From an uncultured Verrucomicrobiae bacterium (GTDB lineage: Bacteria > Verrucomicrobiota > Verrucomicrobiia > Chthoniobacterales > UBA10450), in assembly GCA_963726745.1 (NCBI GenBank), contig CAVSDR010000006.1:64001-128000 (forward strand): a DNA stretch of 64,000 nucleotides, read 5' to 3'. Of this stretch, positions 38,539-49,752 are shown piece by piece (within the stretch, counting starts at the first letter, position 1; every line of letters begins with the position of its first letter). A program made the translations under genes and the position numbers. Below the pieces are notes generated by a model. The model did not search any database. It saw only the letters and a list, made by a program, of their open reading frames with translations, and had not been told where the DNA came from.

Positions 38539-39237
38539 ATGCCCAAGCCTCCTGCTGCTCCGACCTCTCCACCGCCGGCAGCCGAGGCGAAAATTTACCA
38601 TGTCATCGTAGTGGACGATCATCCGCTCTTCCGTAAAGGGGTGGTCCAACTCTTGAGCGATGAGCCCGATCTTCGGGTCACCGGCGAAGCCAGCACCAGC
38701 CATGAGGCGCTGGGGCAAATTCGCGCGCAAAATTTCGACCTCGCCGTGGTCGACATCGGCCTCGAAGGCAGCGCGAACGGCATCGAGCTCACGAAATCCA
38801 TTCGAGCTGAGCGGCCGCATCTGCCGGTGCTCGTCCTTTCGATGCACGATGAAACCGTCTTCGCCGAGCGCGCCCTGCGCGCGGGAGCTCGCGGCTACGT
38901 GATGAAACGCGAGGCGCTGGATAATTTCATCCTCGCCGTGCGCACCGTCCTCACCGGAGAGATTTTCATCAGCCCGGCGATGTCGAAGCGGATTGTTTTT
39001 GCCCATCTCCACGGCGGCGGAGAATCGGCTTCGCCGGTCGAGCGTCTGACCGATCGCGAGCTGGAAATTTTCCAGCTCATCGGCAAAGGCCGCGAGGTCG
39101 CGGAAATAGCCGTCGACTTGCACATCAGCGCGAAGACGGTGGAAGCCCACCGGGCGCACATTAAAGAGAAGCTCGACCTCAAGAACGCGCGTGAGGTCGC
39201 GCGCTTCGCGGTGCAGTGGGTCGACCGCCAAGGCTAG
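38539..39237 (+). CDS. NarL/LuxR family response regulator
   Basis: VDDHPLFR receiver, LTDRELEIFQLIG..ISAKTVEAHRAHIKEKL HTH. Confidence 0.94.
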   Translation: MPKPPAAPTSPPPAAEAKIYHVIVVDDHPLFRKGVVQLLSDEPDLRVTGEASTSHEALGQIRAQNFDLAVVDIGLEGSANGIELTKSIRAERPHLPVLVLSMHDETVFAERALRAGARGYVMKREALDNFILAVRTVLTGEIFISPAMSKRIVFAHLHGGGESASPVERLTDRELEIFQLIGKGREVAEIAVDLHISAKTVEAHRAHIKEKLDLKNAREVARFAVQWVDRQG

Positions 39238-39246
39238 ACCAGCAAG

Positions 39247-39313
39247 CACCCGCGCCGACTACCGGATCGGCGATCAGCGCGGGTGATGCCCCCAAACGTA
39301 CCCCCTACGTTTG
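39247..39313. terminator. two hairpins between convergent genes
   Basis: CACCCGCGC..GCGCGGGTG (39247-39285) and CAAACGTA-N5-TACGTTTG (39293-39313). Confidence 0.4.
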
Positions 39314-39317
39314 AGCC

Positions 39318-39923
39318 CTAAACTTTGCCGCGTTGCGCGCGGACACTGCTCCCGAGCTTCCGCAGGCCGAGCTCCAGCCGCGTCTTCACTGTCCCAAGCG
39401 GCGTGCGCGTGCGGGCCGCAATCTCGCGATGGCTCAGCCCGCTGAAGAACGAAAGCCGCAGCGCTTCGCGCTGGAAATCAGGCAGCCGGTTGAGCTCGCT
39501 CTCGAGAAATTTCCGAATGTCGTGCGCGCTGTTATCCGCCTCCGTATGGCTGCGCAGCCACGAGCGCGGCTCGCGTTCCACGTAAGTTTCGAAGCGATCT
39601 TTCGCCCGCGAGTACGCCGCCCGGCGCCGGACTCGGTCAATCGCCCGCCGCCGCGCGATCGTGATGATCCAGCCAAGCGGCTTGCCCAACGCCGGCGAGT
39701 AGCTCCCGGCCTCGCGCCAAATTTGCAGCATGCTCTCCTGGAGCACGTCATCGGCTTCCGCTTCATCCTGCAACACCTGGTAAATGACGTTGCGCAGCAT
39801 CTTGCCATGGCGCTGGTAAAGCGCGGTCACAGCCGCCTGCCGCTTCTGCGCGATGCGCTTCATCAAGGTCTCGTCGGAGGGCGTTCGCGCGAGAATTCCG
39901 GGATCGATTGCGGGTGTGATCAT
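39318..39923 (-). CDS. ECF sigma-70 family RNA polymerase sigma factor
   Basis: EADDVLQE..IW, WIITIARRRAIDRVR (region 2), GLSHREIA..TPLGTVKTRL (region 4). Confidence 0.93.
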   Translation of the reverse strand: MITPAIDPGILARTPSDETLMKRIAQKRQAAVTALYQRHGKMLRNVIYQVLQDEAEADDVLQESMLQIWREAGSYSPALGKPLGWIITIARRRAIDRVRRRAAYSRAKDRFETYVEREPRSWLRSHTEADNSAHDIRKFLESELNRLPDFQREALRLSFFSGLSHREIAARTRTPLGTVKTRLELGLRKLGSSVRAQRGKV

Positions 39924-40261
39924 GCTTGGTTGCTTCTCTGGTTCGGAGTTTTGTTGCTTAGTGGTTGATTGCCGTCCTCCATCGCGCGTTCCCAGTCCGC
40001 CCAGGCTTCCGCCGAGGTCAGCGGATCGCCGGGCAAGACCCATTCGCGGGGCGTGCCGGCGCAGCCCTCCGTCGGGCAATGCAGGGCGGTCGCGCCGCCG
40101 TCGGGACATCCCGTGACCACGACCTGCCGGCCGCTGAAGGTGCGGTCGCAGACCATGCAAAGGCGACGGTCATCGAGTGATTTCCACCCGTGCGCCGAAT
40201 CGCCTTCGCGGAGAACATCGAGCTTCTCTTCGGGAAGCCAATGCGAGTGCGGCAACGACAT
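39920..40261 (-). CDS. hypothetical Cys-rich (zinc-finger-like) protein
   Basis: WKSLDDRRLCMVCDRTFSGRQ...LHCPTEGC; ATGA overlap with the sigma factor start. Confidence 0.75.
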   Translation of the reverse strand: MSLPHSHWLPEEKLDVLREGDSAHGWKSLDDRRLCMVCDRTFSGRQVVVTGCPDGGATALHCPTEGCAGTPREWVLPGDPLTSAEAWADWERAMEDGNQPLSNKTPNQRSNQA

Positions 40262-40438
40262 GTTCCAAGCCTCTGTGCCCGGCACGGCCGCGTAAATCGG
40301 CGACCGCTCTTGAAGTCTCCTAGGTCAAACCCGTAATGATTCGACCCATACGCGCACTTCACCAAATCCATTCGAATGTGCTCCCCAAACTCCGGGCGCG
40401 CACCGCCCTTCCCTGCGCTAGGATACGCGCCTCGCTCC

Positions 40439-41287
40439 ATGAATTTCCTCCGCTCTCTCGTGCAAAAATTCTCCGGCAAACCCGTCGATTGGGACGAGCT
40501 GGAAGAAGCTCTTATCCGCGCCGATCTCGGTGTGCCGATGAGCCAGCGCATCCTCACTGCCCTACAGGAACGCGCGCAGACGGTCACAATCACCGCAAAC
40601 GACATCAGCGAAGTGGCGCGCGATGAGATCGTGAAAGTGCTGCCTATTTCTCCGCCGCCGATTCGTCCCCTCCCCGCGGGCCCGAAGGTGATGCTGATCG
40701 TGGGCGTGAACGGCACCGGCAAAACCACTTCAACCGCCAAACTGGCGCATTATTTCAAGAGCCGGCGTCACACCGTGATGCTCGCAGCCGCGGATACTTT
40801 CCGCGCGGCCGCAATCGAGCAGCTCGGCATCTGGGCGGACCGCCTCGGCGTGGAGATGATCAAGGGGCAATACAACGCCGACCCCGCGGCGCTTTGTTAC
40901 GATGCCTACCAGGCGGCCGATAAAAAAGATGTGGAGTTTCTCCTGTGCGATACCGCCGGCCGGCTGCATACCAAGAGCAACCTCATGGCCGAGCTCGACA
41001 AAGTGAAACGCAGCATTGCCAAGCACGACGCGAAAGCGCCGCACGAAACGCTGCTCGTGGTCGACGCCACCACCGGCAGCAACGCGCTCGCCCAGGCGCG
41101 CGAGTTTCACCAGGCCGTCGGCTTGACCGGCTTGATCGTGACCAAGCTCGACGGCAGCGGCAAAGGCGGCGTGGTCATCGCGATCCAGAACGAGCTCGGG
41201 ATTCCCACTCGCTTCGTCGGCACCGGGGAGAAGTTGGAAGACTTGAAGCCGTTCGACGGGCGCGAGTTCATCGCGCAGATGGTGTGA
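40439..41287 (+). CDS. ftsY: signal recognition particle receptor (NG domain only)
   Basis: [31 protein letters not shown]. Confidence 0.96.
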   Translation: MNFLRSLVQKFSGKPVDWDELEEALIRADLGVPMSQRILTALQERAQTVTITANDISEVARDEIVKVLPISPPPIRPLPAGPKVMLIVGVNGTGKTTSTAKLAHYFKSRRHTVMLAAADTFRAAAIEQLGIWADRLGVEMIKGQYNADPAALCYDAYQAADKKDVEFLLCDTAGRLHTKSNLMAELDKVKRSIAKHDAKAPHETLLVVDATTGSNALAQAREFHQAVGLTGLIVTKLDGSGKGGVVIAIQNELGIPTRFVGTGEKLEDLKPFDGREFIAQMV

Positions 41288-41306
41288 TCTTGTCGGCTAT
41301 TTCTCG

Positions 41307-42782
41307 ATGAACACGGCCGAGCCGCAGCAAAAAGTCGCCGGAGGCTTCGCCGGCTTCATCGGCAAATTCACCGTCATGCGCGGGGCGCAACGCGAGCTTT
41401 GGCTCACGTTCCTGATCAAGTTCCTGATCTACACCGCCTACTCGGTGACGAACAAAACGATGGTCCTGTGGCTCTCGCGCGACCTCGGCTTTAACGACCA
41501 GGCGGCCGGCGCGCTCGTCGGCTGGGTTTGGGCGCCCGCGATGACCGTCTTCACCTTGCTGGCTGGCTCGCTGACCGACGCGATCGGACTGCGCCGCACT
41601 TTCTTCCTCGGCGTCGGGATTTGCACGGTCGCGCGCACGGTCATGGTCACCACTTCGGTGCCGTCGATCGCGCTCGCCTGCGGTGTGCTCCCACTGGCGA
41701 TCGGCGAAGCGCTCGGCACGCCGGTCTTGCTCGCGGCCACGCGGCGCTACTCCACCACGCGGCAGCGCTCGATTTCGTTTTCGATCATCTACATGGTGAT
41801 GAACGTCGGCTACATCGCTGCCGGCTGGATCTTCGACTTCGTCCGGCGCGTCGAGTTCCACTTCGATTGGTTCGGTTTCGCGCCGACGACGCACCAGCAA
41901 TTATTTCTCGTTAGTCTGGCCTTCGAGGTCGTGCTCTTCCCGGTGATTTACTTTCTCCGCCGCGGCGCAGAGGCGACCGATGAAGGCGTTCAATTCACGC
42001 CCGAAGCGATCCGGCCGGCGGGCAATTTCTTCCAAAGCATCGGCACGACCGTGCGCGAGAGCGCCGCTGCTACTGGGGCGCTCTTCCGCCGCCTGGTGCA
42101 CCAGCCGGACTTCTACCGCCTGCTCGCCTTCTTTCTCTTCATCGGCTTCCTCAAGGCGATCTTCCTGCAGATGGATTACGTCTTTCCGAAATTCGGCGAT
42201 CGCGAGCTCGGGCTGCACGCGCCGGTGGGCAAGCTCTCGGCGATTAACAGCATTCTCATCATCCTGCTGGTGCCGATCATTGGCGCGCTTACGCAACGCC
42301 AGGCCGCTTATCGCATGGTCATCATCGGCGGGATCATCTGCTCCGCGGGTGTGTTTGTCATGGCCCTGCCGACCGGCTGGTTCCAGCCGCTGGTCGAGAG
42401 CGGAGTCGGCCAATGGCTCGGGCACAGCTACCTCGGCCTCGATGGTCCGATCCATCCGTACTACATCATGACCGCGCTCTATCTCGCAGTCTTCTCGATC
42501 GGCGAAGCCTTTTACTCGCCGCGCGTCTACGAATACGCGGCCGCGATCGCACCGCGCGGGCAGGAAGCTTCCTACGGCGCGCTCGCTTACATCCCTTTCC
42601 TCATCGGCAAGCTCCTCGTCGGCACTTCCGGCTGGATCCTTGCCTGGCTCTGCCCGGCCGCGGGTCAATGCCGCGCCGCCGCCATGTGGCTCATCTTTGC
42701 CCTGGCCGCGTCGGTGGCGCCGATCGGGTTAATCGTTTTCCAGCGATATATCCGCGTCCCGGAAGAAGGCCGCGACGAATAA
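41307..42782 (+). CDS. MFS transporter (POT/peptide transporter-like)
   Basis: About 12 TM segments; [31 protein letters not shown]. Confidence 0.85.
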   Translation: MNTAEPQQKVAGGFAGFIGKFTVMRGAQRELWLTFLIKFLIYTAYSVTNKTMVLWLSRDLGFNDQAAGALVGWVWAPAMTVFTLLAGSLTDAIGLRRTFFLGVGICTVARTVMVTTSVPSIALACGVLPLAIGEALGTPVLLAATRRYSTTRQRSISFSIIYMVMNVGYIAAGWIFDFVRRVEFHFDWFGFAPTTHQQLFLVSLAFEVVLFPVIYFLRRGAEATDEGVQFTPEAIRPAGNFFQSIGTTVRESAAATGALFRRLVHQPDFYRLLAFFLFIGFLKAIFLQMDYVFPKFGDRELGLHAPVGKLSAINSILIILLVPIIGALTQRQAAYRMVIIGGIICSAGVFVMALPTGWFQPLVESGVGQWLGHSYLGLDGPIHPYYIMTALYLAVFSIGEAFYSPRVYEYAAAIAPRGQEASYGALAYIPFLIGKLLVGTSGWILAWLCPAAGQCRAAAMWLIFALAASVAPIGLIVFQRYIRVPEEGRDE

Positions 42783-42818
42783 CCGAACGACGCGCCGCTG
42801 CGCGCTGTCGAAATACTT

Positions 42819-43373
42819 ATGCTGATCATCCGTTCACGCCGCCGCCACTCCTGGCTGGTGCCGCTCTTCATCGCCGCCTTTGCCCTCGGTAACGCTTTCC
42901 TCCATTCCCACCACGCCATGGCCCAAAAATCCGAGAACCCCAACGAGACCGAGCTCCGCAAGAAGCTCACCCCCGAGCAGTATCACGTGACCAAGGAAAA
43001 CGGCACCGAGCCGCCTTTCCGGAACGAGTATTGGGACAACCACCAGGCCGGGATCTACGTCGATCGCATCAGCGGACAGCCGCTCTTCAGCTCGCTGGAT
43101 AAATTCGAGAGCGGCACCGGCTGGCCCAGTTTCACCAAGCCGCTGGCGAAAGAAAACATCGTCGAGAAAACAGACAGCACTCTCGGAATGTCTCGCACCG
43201 AAGTGCGCAGCAAAGGGGGCGACGCCCACCTCGGCCACCTCTTCCCCGATGGCCCACCGCCGACAGGCATGCGCTATTGCCTGAACTCAGCGGCGCTTCG
43301 CTTCGTCCCGGTGGAGAAGCTCAAGGAAGAAGGCCTGGAGCAGTATCTCCCGCTCTTCGAAGGGAAGAAGTAA
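42819..43373 (+). CDS. msrB: peptide-methionine (R)-S-oxide reductase with N-terminal signal
   Basis: [36 protein letters not shown]. Confidence 0.95.
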   Translation: MLIIRSRRRHSWLVPLFIAAFALGNAFLHSHHAMAQKSENPNETELRKKLTPEQYHVTKENGTEPPFRNEYWDNHQAGIYVDRISGQPLFSSLDKFESGTGWPSFTKPLAKENIVEKTDSTLGMSRTEVRSKGGDAHLGHLFPDGPPPTGMRYCLNSAALRFVPVEKLKEEGLEQYLPLFEGKK

Positions 43374-45305
43374 GCAACGCCTGGAAGCGCGGCTCGCTGC
43401 GCAGCGGATCCCATTCCGGCTCCGCCCGCAGCAGGCCCGGCGTGGGGCCATTCGGCAGCCTAACGAGTCGTTCCAGCTCCGCGAGCGCGCGCTCTTTTTC
43501 GCCCACCTGCGCGTAGACTACCGCGAGGTTGGTTGCAAGGATCGGGCCGTCATAGGCATCGCGTTCCACCGGCAGTGCCTCGGTCACTTTCCGCAGTTGC
43601 CGGATGGCCTCCTCCTTCCGCCCGAGCGCAGCCAGCACCAAGCCGAGCATGCTCTGCGGCTTCGGATCCTCGGCGCAACAGGCGATCTGCTCTTCGACCG
43701 CGGCGCATGCGCTTTCTCGAAGGCAACTTCCGCGCCGCGGCCTCATTGCCCAGGCCGCGGGCGACCAGGCCCTCATACCAGGCACGCGGAAACGGATAAC
43801 TGTCGAGCGTCCCCGCCGTACCGCCGACGCCGGGATCGTTGAACTCCTCCTGCGGATGCCGCCGCAATGCCTCCGCCGCGCCGGCAAAATCCCGCTCCAT
43901 CAAGCGCACCCGCAGTTCGACTAACGAGACGCCTCCCCCCGGATCGAAGCTGCGCGGGATCGCTCGCAGCGCGGCCTGGAGCGGCGCGAGATCCCCCGTC
44001 GCGCGCAAGGCCAGCGCGGCCCGCGCGAGCGCGAAGAAATGCGCCTGCGGATTCACCTCCAGGCCCGCTGCCATCGTCCGCGCGGCCTCCTCGATCCGCC
44101 CCGTGAGGGCGTAGCACTCGGCGAGATTCCAGATCACCGAGACGTTTCGCGGATCGAGCTCCCGCGCTTTCTCGAAATGCCCGATCGCCCGCTCCCAATT
44201 TCCCTGCCGCCGGTCGAGCGCGCCGAAGGCGTCCCAAATTTCCGCGTCGTTCGGCACCGCCCGCCGCGCGATCTCCAGCTCGGCGCGAGCCTTCGGGTAA
44301 TCGCGGAAGCCAAAGTAGTGATAATAGGCCAGCGCGGTGTGCGCATCGCCCAGCTCGGGTTCCAACTCCAGCGCCCGCTCCGCCGACGCCTTCGCAAGCG
44401 CCAGCCGTTCGGTCGTCCGGTCGAGCCCAAACCAATAGAGCTCGCCGTGCCAGCGCGACCGCAGGCAATGCGCGAGCGCAAATTGCGGATCGCGCGCGAG
44501 CGCCCGCTCGAGATGACGCAGCGCTTTTTCGCCGTTCTCACGCGGATCGCCCGCGCCGCTCCAGCGAAAGAGATCGCGCGCGCGCAGATAATCTTCGTAG
44601 GCCTCGAGATCGGCGGTCGAGTGGATCCGCAGCCCGGCCCGCTCGCGCGGCGAAAGATTCGCCTGCAGCGCCATCGTGATCCGCTCTGCGAGCTCGCTCT
44701 GGAGCGCGAAAAGGTCGGTTAATTCCCGGTCAAACGAGTCCGCCCAGACGTGCGCGTCGATCGCGGCGTTAATCAACTGCACATTGACCCGCACCCGCTG
44801 CCCCGCGCGCCGCACCGTTCCCTCGAGAATGTGCGCCACGCCCAGTTCGCGGCCGATCTCGCGCAGGTTGCGCGTGCCGCTGCGATACTGGCGCACGGAG
44901 GTGCGGCTGATCACTTTCAAGTCCGCGATTTTCGCCAGCCGCGCGAGGATGTCGTCCTGGATGCCGTCGGCAAAATATTCGTTCTCCTGCTCGTGGCTCA
45001 GGTTTTCGAACGGGAGCACCGCGATGCTTTTCTCGGGGGCCGCTGCCGGTGGCGGCTGCCGGCGCGTCCTCGGTCCGCTTCACTCCTTTGCGCGTGAGGT
45101 CGAAGGCCCATGAAAGAATCAACGCGAGCGGAAAGCCGGCAGCCAGCAGAAGGATCACCAGGCGCACGGTCCAATTCGGAATGTCGAAAAACGGAAAGAC
45201 CTGCGTCGCCACCTGGATCAAGAGCCAGCTGACCACGCAGTAGCCGACCGCCAGGCGGTAGACCTTCCGCCGCTTCAGCTCGGTGAAAAATTGCTGGAGC
45301 TTCAC
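43321..45305 (-). CDS. membrane-anchored TolB-like/TPR protein (frameshifts near 45050 and 43715)
   Basis: [16 protein letters not shown]-terminus, [21 protein letters not shown] repeats, C-terminal [13 protein letters not shown] across three ORFs. Confidence 0.85.
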
Positions 45306-45396
45306 GCGCCTCAGAGATGCAGACGCGTGCGCCGCAAGTCAATCGCGCGCGCGGGCCGTGCCTTGCTCGCCGCGCTGATCAGTGAAATAGGGTGGC

Positions 45397-46335
45397 GTGC
45401 CTTCCGCTACGTCGCCTAACGAGTCCACCAACCGGAGCGCGCTCCTCGCCGGTTTCGCGGCCTTCGGCTTCTGGGGCGTGATCCCGGTCTACTGGAAGCT
45501 GCTCAAAACCGTGAGCGCGCCGGAAATTCTCGCGCATCGCTTCGTTTGGACGACGGCCTTCCTGGTTTTCCTCCTCACCTGGCAAGGCCGCTGGCCGGAG
45601 GTGCGCGCCGCCTTGCGCTCGCGCCGCGCAACCATGTTCTGCATCGCCAGCGGGCTCGCGGTCTCAGGCAACTGGCTCCTCTTCATCTGGGCGGTGAACG
45701 TGAACCGCGTCCTCGAGACCAGCCTGGGTTACTTCATGGCGCCGTTGGTCAACGTTCTCCTGGGCGCGATCTTCCTGCGCGAGCGGCTGACCCGCTGGCA
45801 ACTCGCCTCCGTCCTCCTGGCCACGCTCGGCGTGCTCAATCTCACCTTCGGCTACGGACGATTCCCGTGGATCGCGCTCGGCCTTTGCCTTTCCTGGGGC
45901 GTCTACGGCTTGCTCCGGAAAATGTCCGGCACGGCCGCGATTCCCGGCTTGTTTTTCGAAACCACCATCCTCACTCCCGTGGCGATCGGTTATCTCCTTT
46001 GGCTGCCGGCCACTGGCGCCGGCATCTTCGGCCCGGCGCAGTGGACGCTCTCACTCCTGCTCCTGAGCACTGGCGTGGTCACCGGTCTGCCGCTGGTTTG
46101 GTTCGGCCATGCCGCGCGGCACTTGCGCCTAACGACCATCGGCTTCCTGCAATATCTCGCGCCGACCGGCACTTTCTTCCTCGGCGTCTTTCTCTATCAC
46201 GAGCCGTTCACCCGCGCGCACCTGATCACCTTCGGGCTGATCTGGATCGCGCTGGCTATTTTTACCAGCGAGATGATCCGGCTTTGGCGGGCGCGCCGTC
46301 CGGTGCCCGGTTCCGCGCCGCCGATCGCGGAGTGA
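45397..46335 (+). CDS. rarD: EamA family transporter RarD
   Basis: EILAHR, ETSLGYFMAPLV, GFLQYLAPT. Confidence 0.92.
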   Translation: MPSATSPNESTNRSALLAGFAAFGFWGVIPVYWKLLKTVSAPEILAHRFVWTTAFLVFLLTWQGRWPEVRAALRSRRATMFCIASGLAVSGNWLLFIWAVNVNRVLETSLGYFMAPLVNVLLGAIFLRERLTRWQLASVLLATLGVLNLTFGYGRFPWIALGLCLSWGVYGLLRKMSGTAAIPGLFFETTILTPVAIGYLLWLPATGAGIFGPAQWTLSLLLLSTGVVTGLPLVWFGHAARHLRLTTIGFLQYLAPTGTFFLGVFLYHEPFTRAHLITFGLIWIALAIFTSEMIRLWRARRPVPGSAPPIAE

Positions 46336-46344
46336 CGGCCGGCG

Positions 46345-46728
46345 CTATCCCCAGAACGAGTCGTCCGTCCGCGCGCGGACTGTCTTCAGGCGATGCTTTG
46401 CGATCTTGCGGATCAGCGCCACGGGGAGCGGCTGATCGTAAGGGACCTTGAGGAAGTTCTTCGTCGTCTCGTGCTTCGCCAATTCCTCGCGAAACGGGTC
46501 CAGTCCGGACTCCATGGGCGAGAAGCTCAGGTGCGCCTTGTGCGCCGAAAACGCGAAGAGGAAGCGCGGCTCCACAAAGAAGGGCGTGTTCCATTTCATC
46601 GTCTCCTGCGCGTCCGGCGCGATGCTTTTCAAGAGCGCGTAGAGCTCGCGCAACAACGGTCGGCCGGCCGCTGGCGCGGCCTCGATGTATTCGGCGACGG
46701 TTTCGGGGCGCTGGCTTTTTGCCTTCAT
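46345..46728 (-). CDS. DUF1801 (YdhG-like) domain protein
   Basis: TVAEYI...IAPDAQETMKWNTPFF...PLPVALIRKI. Confidence 0.85.
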   Translation of the reverse strand: MKAKSQRPETVAEYIEAAPAAGRPLLRELYALLKSIAPDAQETMKWNTPFFVEPRFLFAFSAHKAHLSFSPMESGLDPFREELAKHETTKNFLKVPYDQPLPVALIRKIAKHRLKTVRARTDDSFWG

Positions 46729-46940
46729 CTTGTTGGTTCCGTTTTCCCCGCGAAAAGCCGGCGCACAAGGTGGCCTTTCCACATCCAGAGGCCCGAGAGC
46801 ACAATCACTGGCGCGAAGAAAAAGCGCACCAGCGGCGCGTAGTTCGGGATCTCCTCAAACGGGCTGTAGATGTAGCCCAGGATCGGGATGCTGAAGACCA
46901 GATGAATCCAGCGGGTGATCGTGCGTTTCGTTGACCTCAT
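46725..46940 (-). CDS. small membrane protein
   Basis: RWIHLVFSIPILGYIYSP..LSGLWMWKG; 4-nt overlaps with both neighbours. Confidence 0.75.
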   Translation of the reverse strand: MRSTKRTITRWIHLVFSIPILGYIYSPFEEIPNYAPLVRFFFAPVIVLSGLWMWKGHLVRRLFAGKTEPTR

Positions 46941-47519
46941 TCATCGTGCAGTCCTTTTCCCTGGAGAATATGCGGCCTCCATTTCGCCACCCGCGCCGTC
47001 CGGGTCTTCGACTGTTTCGCGCCGGCGAAGTGCAAGAGGTAGCCGCGCTGGCGTCCCGGGGTCAAGCTCCCGAACGCCGCCTTGAACTTCGCATTTTTCT
47101 CGAGCTGCTCCGTGAGTTCCGCCGGGACCGCGAACTCCGCGGTCTCCTTGTAGACCACCTCCAGGCCGGCACGCTCCACCTCGGTCGCTTCCGCGAGATA
47201 CGCTTTCACCGCGTTCGCGCGCCGCGCCACCTCCGCCACGCTGCCGAATTTCATCCAGCGCCCCGCCTGCGTATGCTCCCCCGGTTTAGCCAGCAGGCTC
47301 TGCCCGTCGCGCAGCAGCGCGCCCTTGCAGAACATGAGCGCGCAGGCCTCCTTCAAAGTCATCAGGATGGCGACGTTTTTCCCCGCAAGGGTGTAGCACG
47401 GCTTGCCCCACTTCAGCTCCTCGGTCAGCCCGGAGTCGAGCAGGAGCTCGCGCAGTGCTTCCAATTCCGGCTCGCCATTTTTCCGCGCGCCGAAAATAGC
47501 CATCCACCTTCGCGTTCAT
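46937..47519 (-). CDS. YdeI/OmpD-associated family protein (frameshift near 47480)
   Basis: MNAKVDGYF..KW start, EELKWGKPCY, LTPGRQRGY..AKQSKTR. Confidence 0.88.
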
Positions 47520-47585
47520 TCGTTCGCGTGGTAGCGGATCGGCCCGCGAAAGACAAGTCTGGCGCGCTCCGTAGAGTAAGCCTCC

Positions 47586-48110
47586 ATGCCGAGCGCCGAC
47601 GATTTCCAATACGCTGCCGAAAACACGGAGGTCATCCTCGCGCCCGATGGACAGATTGCGACCTTCGGAACCACGCGTTTTCATTTCTACCTCGTCTCGG
47701 AGTTGATGGACCGGGCGAATGAAGTGCGCGTGCGCGACGGCCAGATCGAGGCGGAGCGTCCGCAGATTCTCGCGCCGGACCATTTCGCGCGGCTCCTGCT
47801 CGAAGGCTTCGGCGAAAAGGCCGAGCGCTACGCCGAGCAACTGCGCGCGCGGCTGCGGAACGTCGCCGTGCTCAAGTATGGCTTTCAGTTTCGCAAAAGC
47901 GGCGTGACCGAAAACACCTACCGCGAACCGCTCGCCACCGTGATCGAGCGCACCAAGCTGCGGGTGCAAAACTCCGGCGAACCAATGCGCGCCGTCATCC
48001 AGGGCGTGGACGACGCCTGGGAAGTTTGCCTGCTCAAGTTCACCCTCGACCTGATCGAGCGCAGCGCCGGCGGCAACGTGCAAGACTTCCGCCGCCGCGG
48101 CCTGCTCTGA
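47586..48110 (+). CDS. conserved hypothetical protein
   Basis: 174-aa ORF with normal codon usage (YAAENTEV..TFGTTRFHFYLVSELMD..GVDDAWEVCLLKF). Confidence 0.75.
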   Translation: MPSADDFQYAAENTEVILAPDGQIATFGTTRFHFYLVSELMDRANEVRVRDGQIEAERPQILAPDHFARLLLEGFGEKAERYAEQLRARLRNVAVLKYGFQFRKSGVTENTYREPLATVIERTKLRVQNSGEPMRAVIQGVDDAWEVCLLKFTLDLIERSAGGNVQDFRRRGLL

Positions 48111-48125
48111 TCAACGAAGCGCGCC

Positions 48126-48822
48126 CTACTTCTTCGGGTAGCGCCGGAGCAATTTGAGGAAGCGGATGGTGTCGCGCACCGGGTGGATGCTGCTCACTTC
48201 ATCGGAGTAGACCGTGCTGATCGGGACGGCGCCGATCTTGAAGCCTTGCCGGCTCACGACCAGGAGCATCTCGGTCTCGTAATCGAAGCGCGCCGCGCCT
48301 TCGAGCAAGAGCGGGATGACGGCCGCCGAGAGCAGGCGGAATCCGCATTGCGTATCGGGAATGTCCTGCCCACAGCGCTGGCTAATTTCGTGGCTCATCC
48401 AGCGATTGACCACGCGGCGGACGAAGGGCATCGTCGCGCACGTCGTTCATCCGCGTGCCCACGAGGAGCTGAGCGCCCTTGGCGGTCGCGTCGAGAAAGC
48501 GAGAAATCTCTTCGGGCAAATGCTGGCCGTCGGCATCGAGCATGATCACGTGGGTGAAGCCGCGCTCGAGCCAGTGGCGCAGGCCGGTTTTGACCGCCTC
48601 GCCTTTCCCGAGATTCTGCGGATGCACGATCACTTCCGCGCCGGCTTCCCGGGCGCGCGCGGCGGTGGCATCGCTCGAGCCGTCATCGACCACGAGCACG
48701 TGGTCGAGCTGCGCGAGCGTGCGGCGGACGACTTCGCCGACGTGTTTTTCTTCGCAGTAAGCCGGAATGATCGCGGCGACGGTCGCGCGATTCACCGCGC
48801 TCGCGGCCATCGGATGAGACAT
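48126..48822 (-). CDS. glycosyltransferase family 2 (frameshift near 48435)
   Basis: IIPAY, VVDDGSSD, NLGKG, LDADGQH, DTQCGFR. Confidence 0.9.
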
Positions 48823-48825
48823 CGG

Positions 48826-49714
48826 CTAACGAACGACCGGATGGAAATCGGCCGCGTGATACGAGCTGCGCACGAGCGGCCCGGAGGCGACGTGGTCGAA
48901 GCCCTTGGCCCGCGCGATTTCGCCGTAGGCGTCGAATTGATCGGGCGTGATGTAGGCGACCACCGGGAGATGCTGCGGCGTCGGCCGGAGATACTGGCCA
49001 AGCGTGAGCACCTGGCAGCCGACCTCGCGCAGGTCGTCCATCGTCTGGAAAAGCTCCGGCTCGGTCTCGCCCAGGCCGAGCATGACGCCGCTTTTGGTGA
49101 CGATTTTAGGCGACAACTTCTTCGCCTTCGCCAGCACCTCGAGCGAGGTGCGATACTTCGCGCGCGACCGGACCACCGGCGTGAGGCGCTCGACCGTCTC
49201 GAGGTTGTGATTGAAGATTTCCGGCGCGGCGTCGGTCACCAGTTGGATGCACCAATCCTGCGCGTGAAAGTCGGGCACGAGCACTTCGATGATGATCGCT
49301 CGGGTCCATCGCGCGGACCGCGCCGATGGTGCGGGCGAAATGCTTCGCGCCGCCGTCCTTCAAGTCATCGCGCGCGACCGCGGTGATGACGACGTGCTTC
49401 AAGCCCATGCGGCGCACGGCCTCGGCCACGCGCTCCGGTTCGTCGGCCTCGAGCGCGAAGGGTTTCGCGGTGCTGACCGCGCAAAAGCCGCAAGCGCGGG
49501 TGCAACGTTCGCCCGCGATCATGACCGTGGCGGTGCCCTGGCTCCAGCATTCCCAGCGGTTCGGGCACTGCGCGCTTTCGCAGACGGTGTGCAGGCGCAG
49601 ATCGGAAATGAGCGCCTTGGTGGAGAAAAATTTCGGGTTCGAAGGCAGCCGCACTTTGATCCAGGGCGGCTTTTGCGCCTGGTGCAGGGCGGGATCGATC
49701 TTCGCGCAGGACAT
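48826..49714 (-). CDS. lipA: lipoyl synthase (frameshift near 49295)
   Basis: TVCESAQCPNRWEC, CTRACGFC, FNHNLETV, GQYLRP, GPLVRSSYHA. Confidence 0.95.
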
Positions 49715-49752
49715 GTGGCTGGAAATTTCCCCGAAATCCGCCTGGTGAAAAC

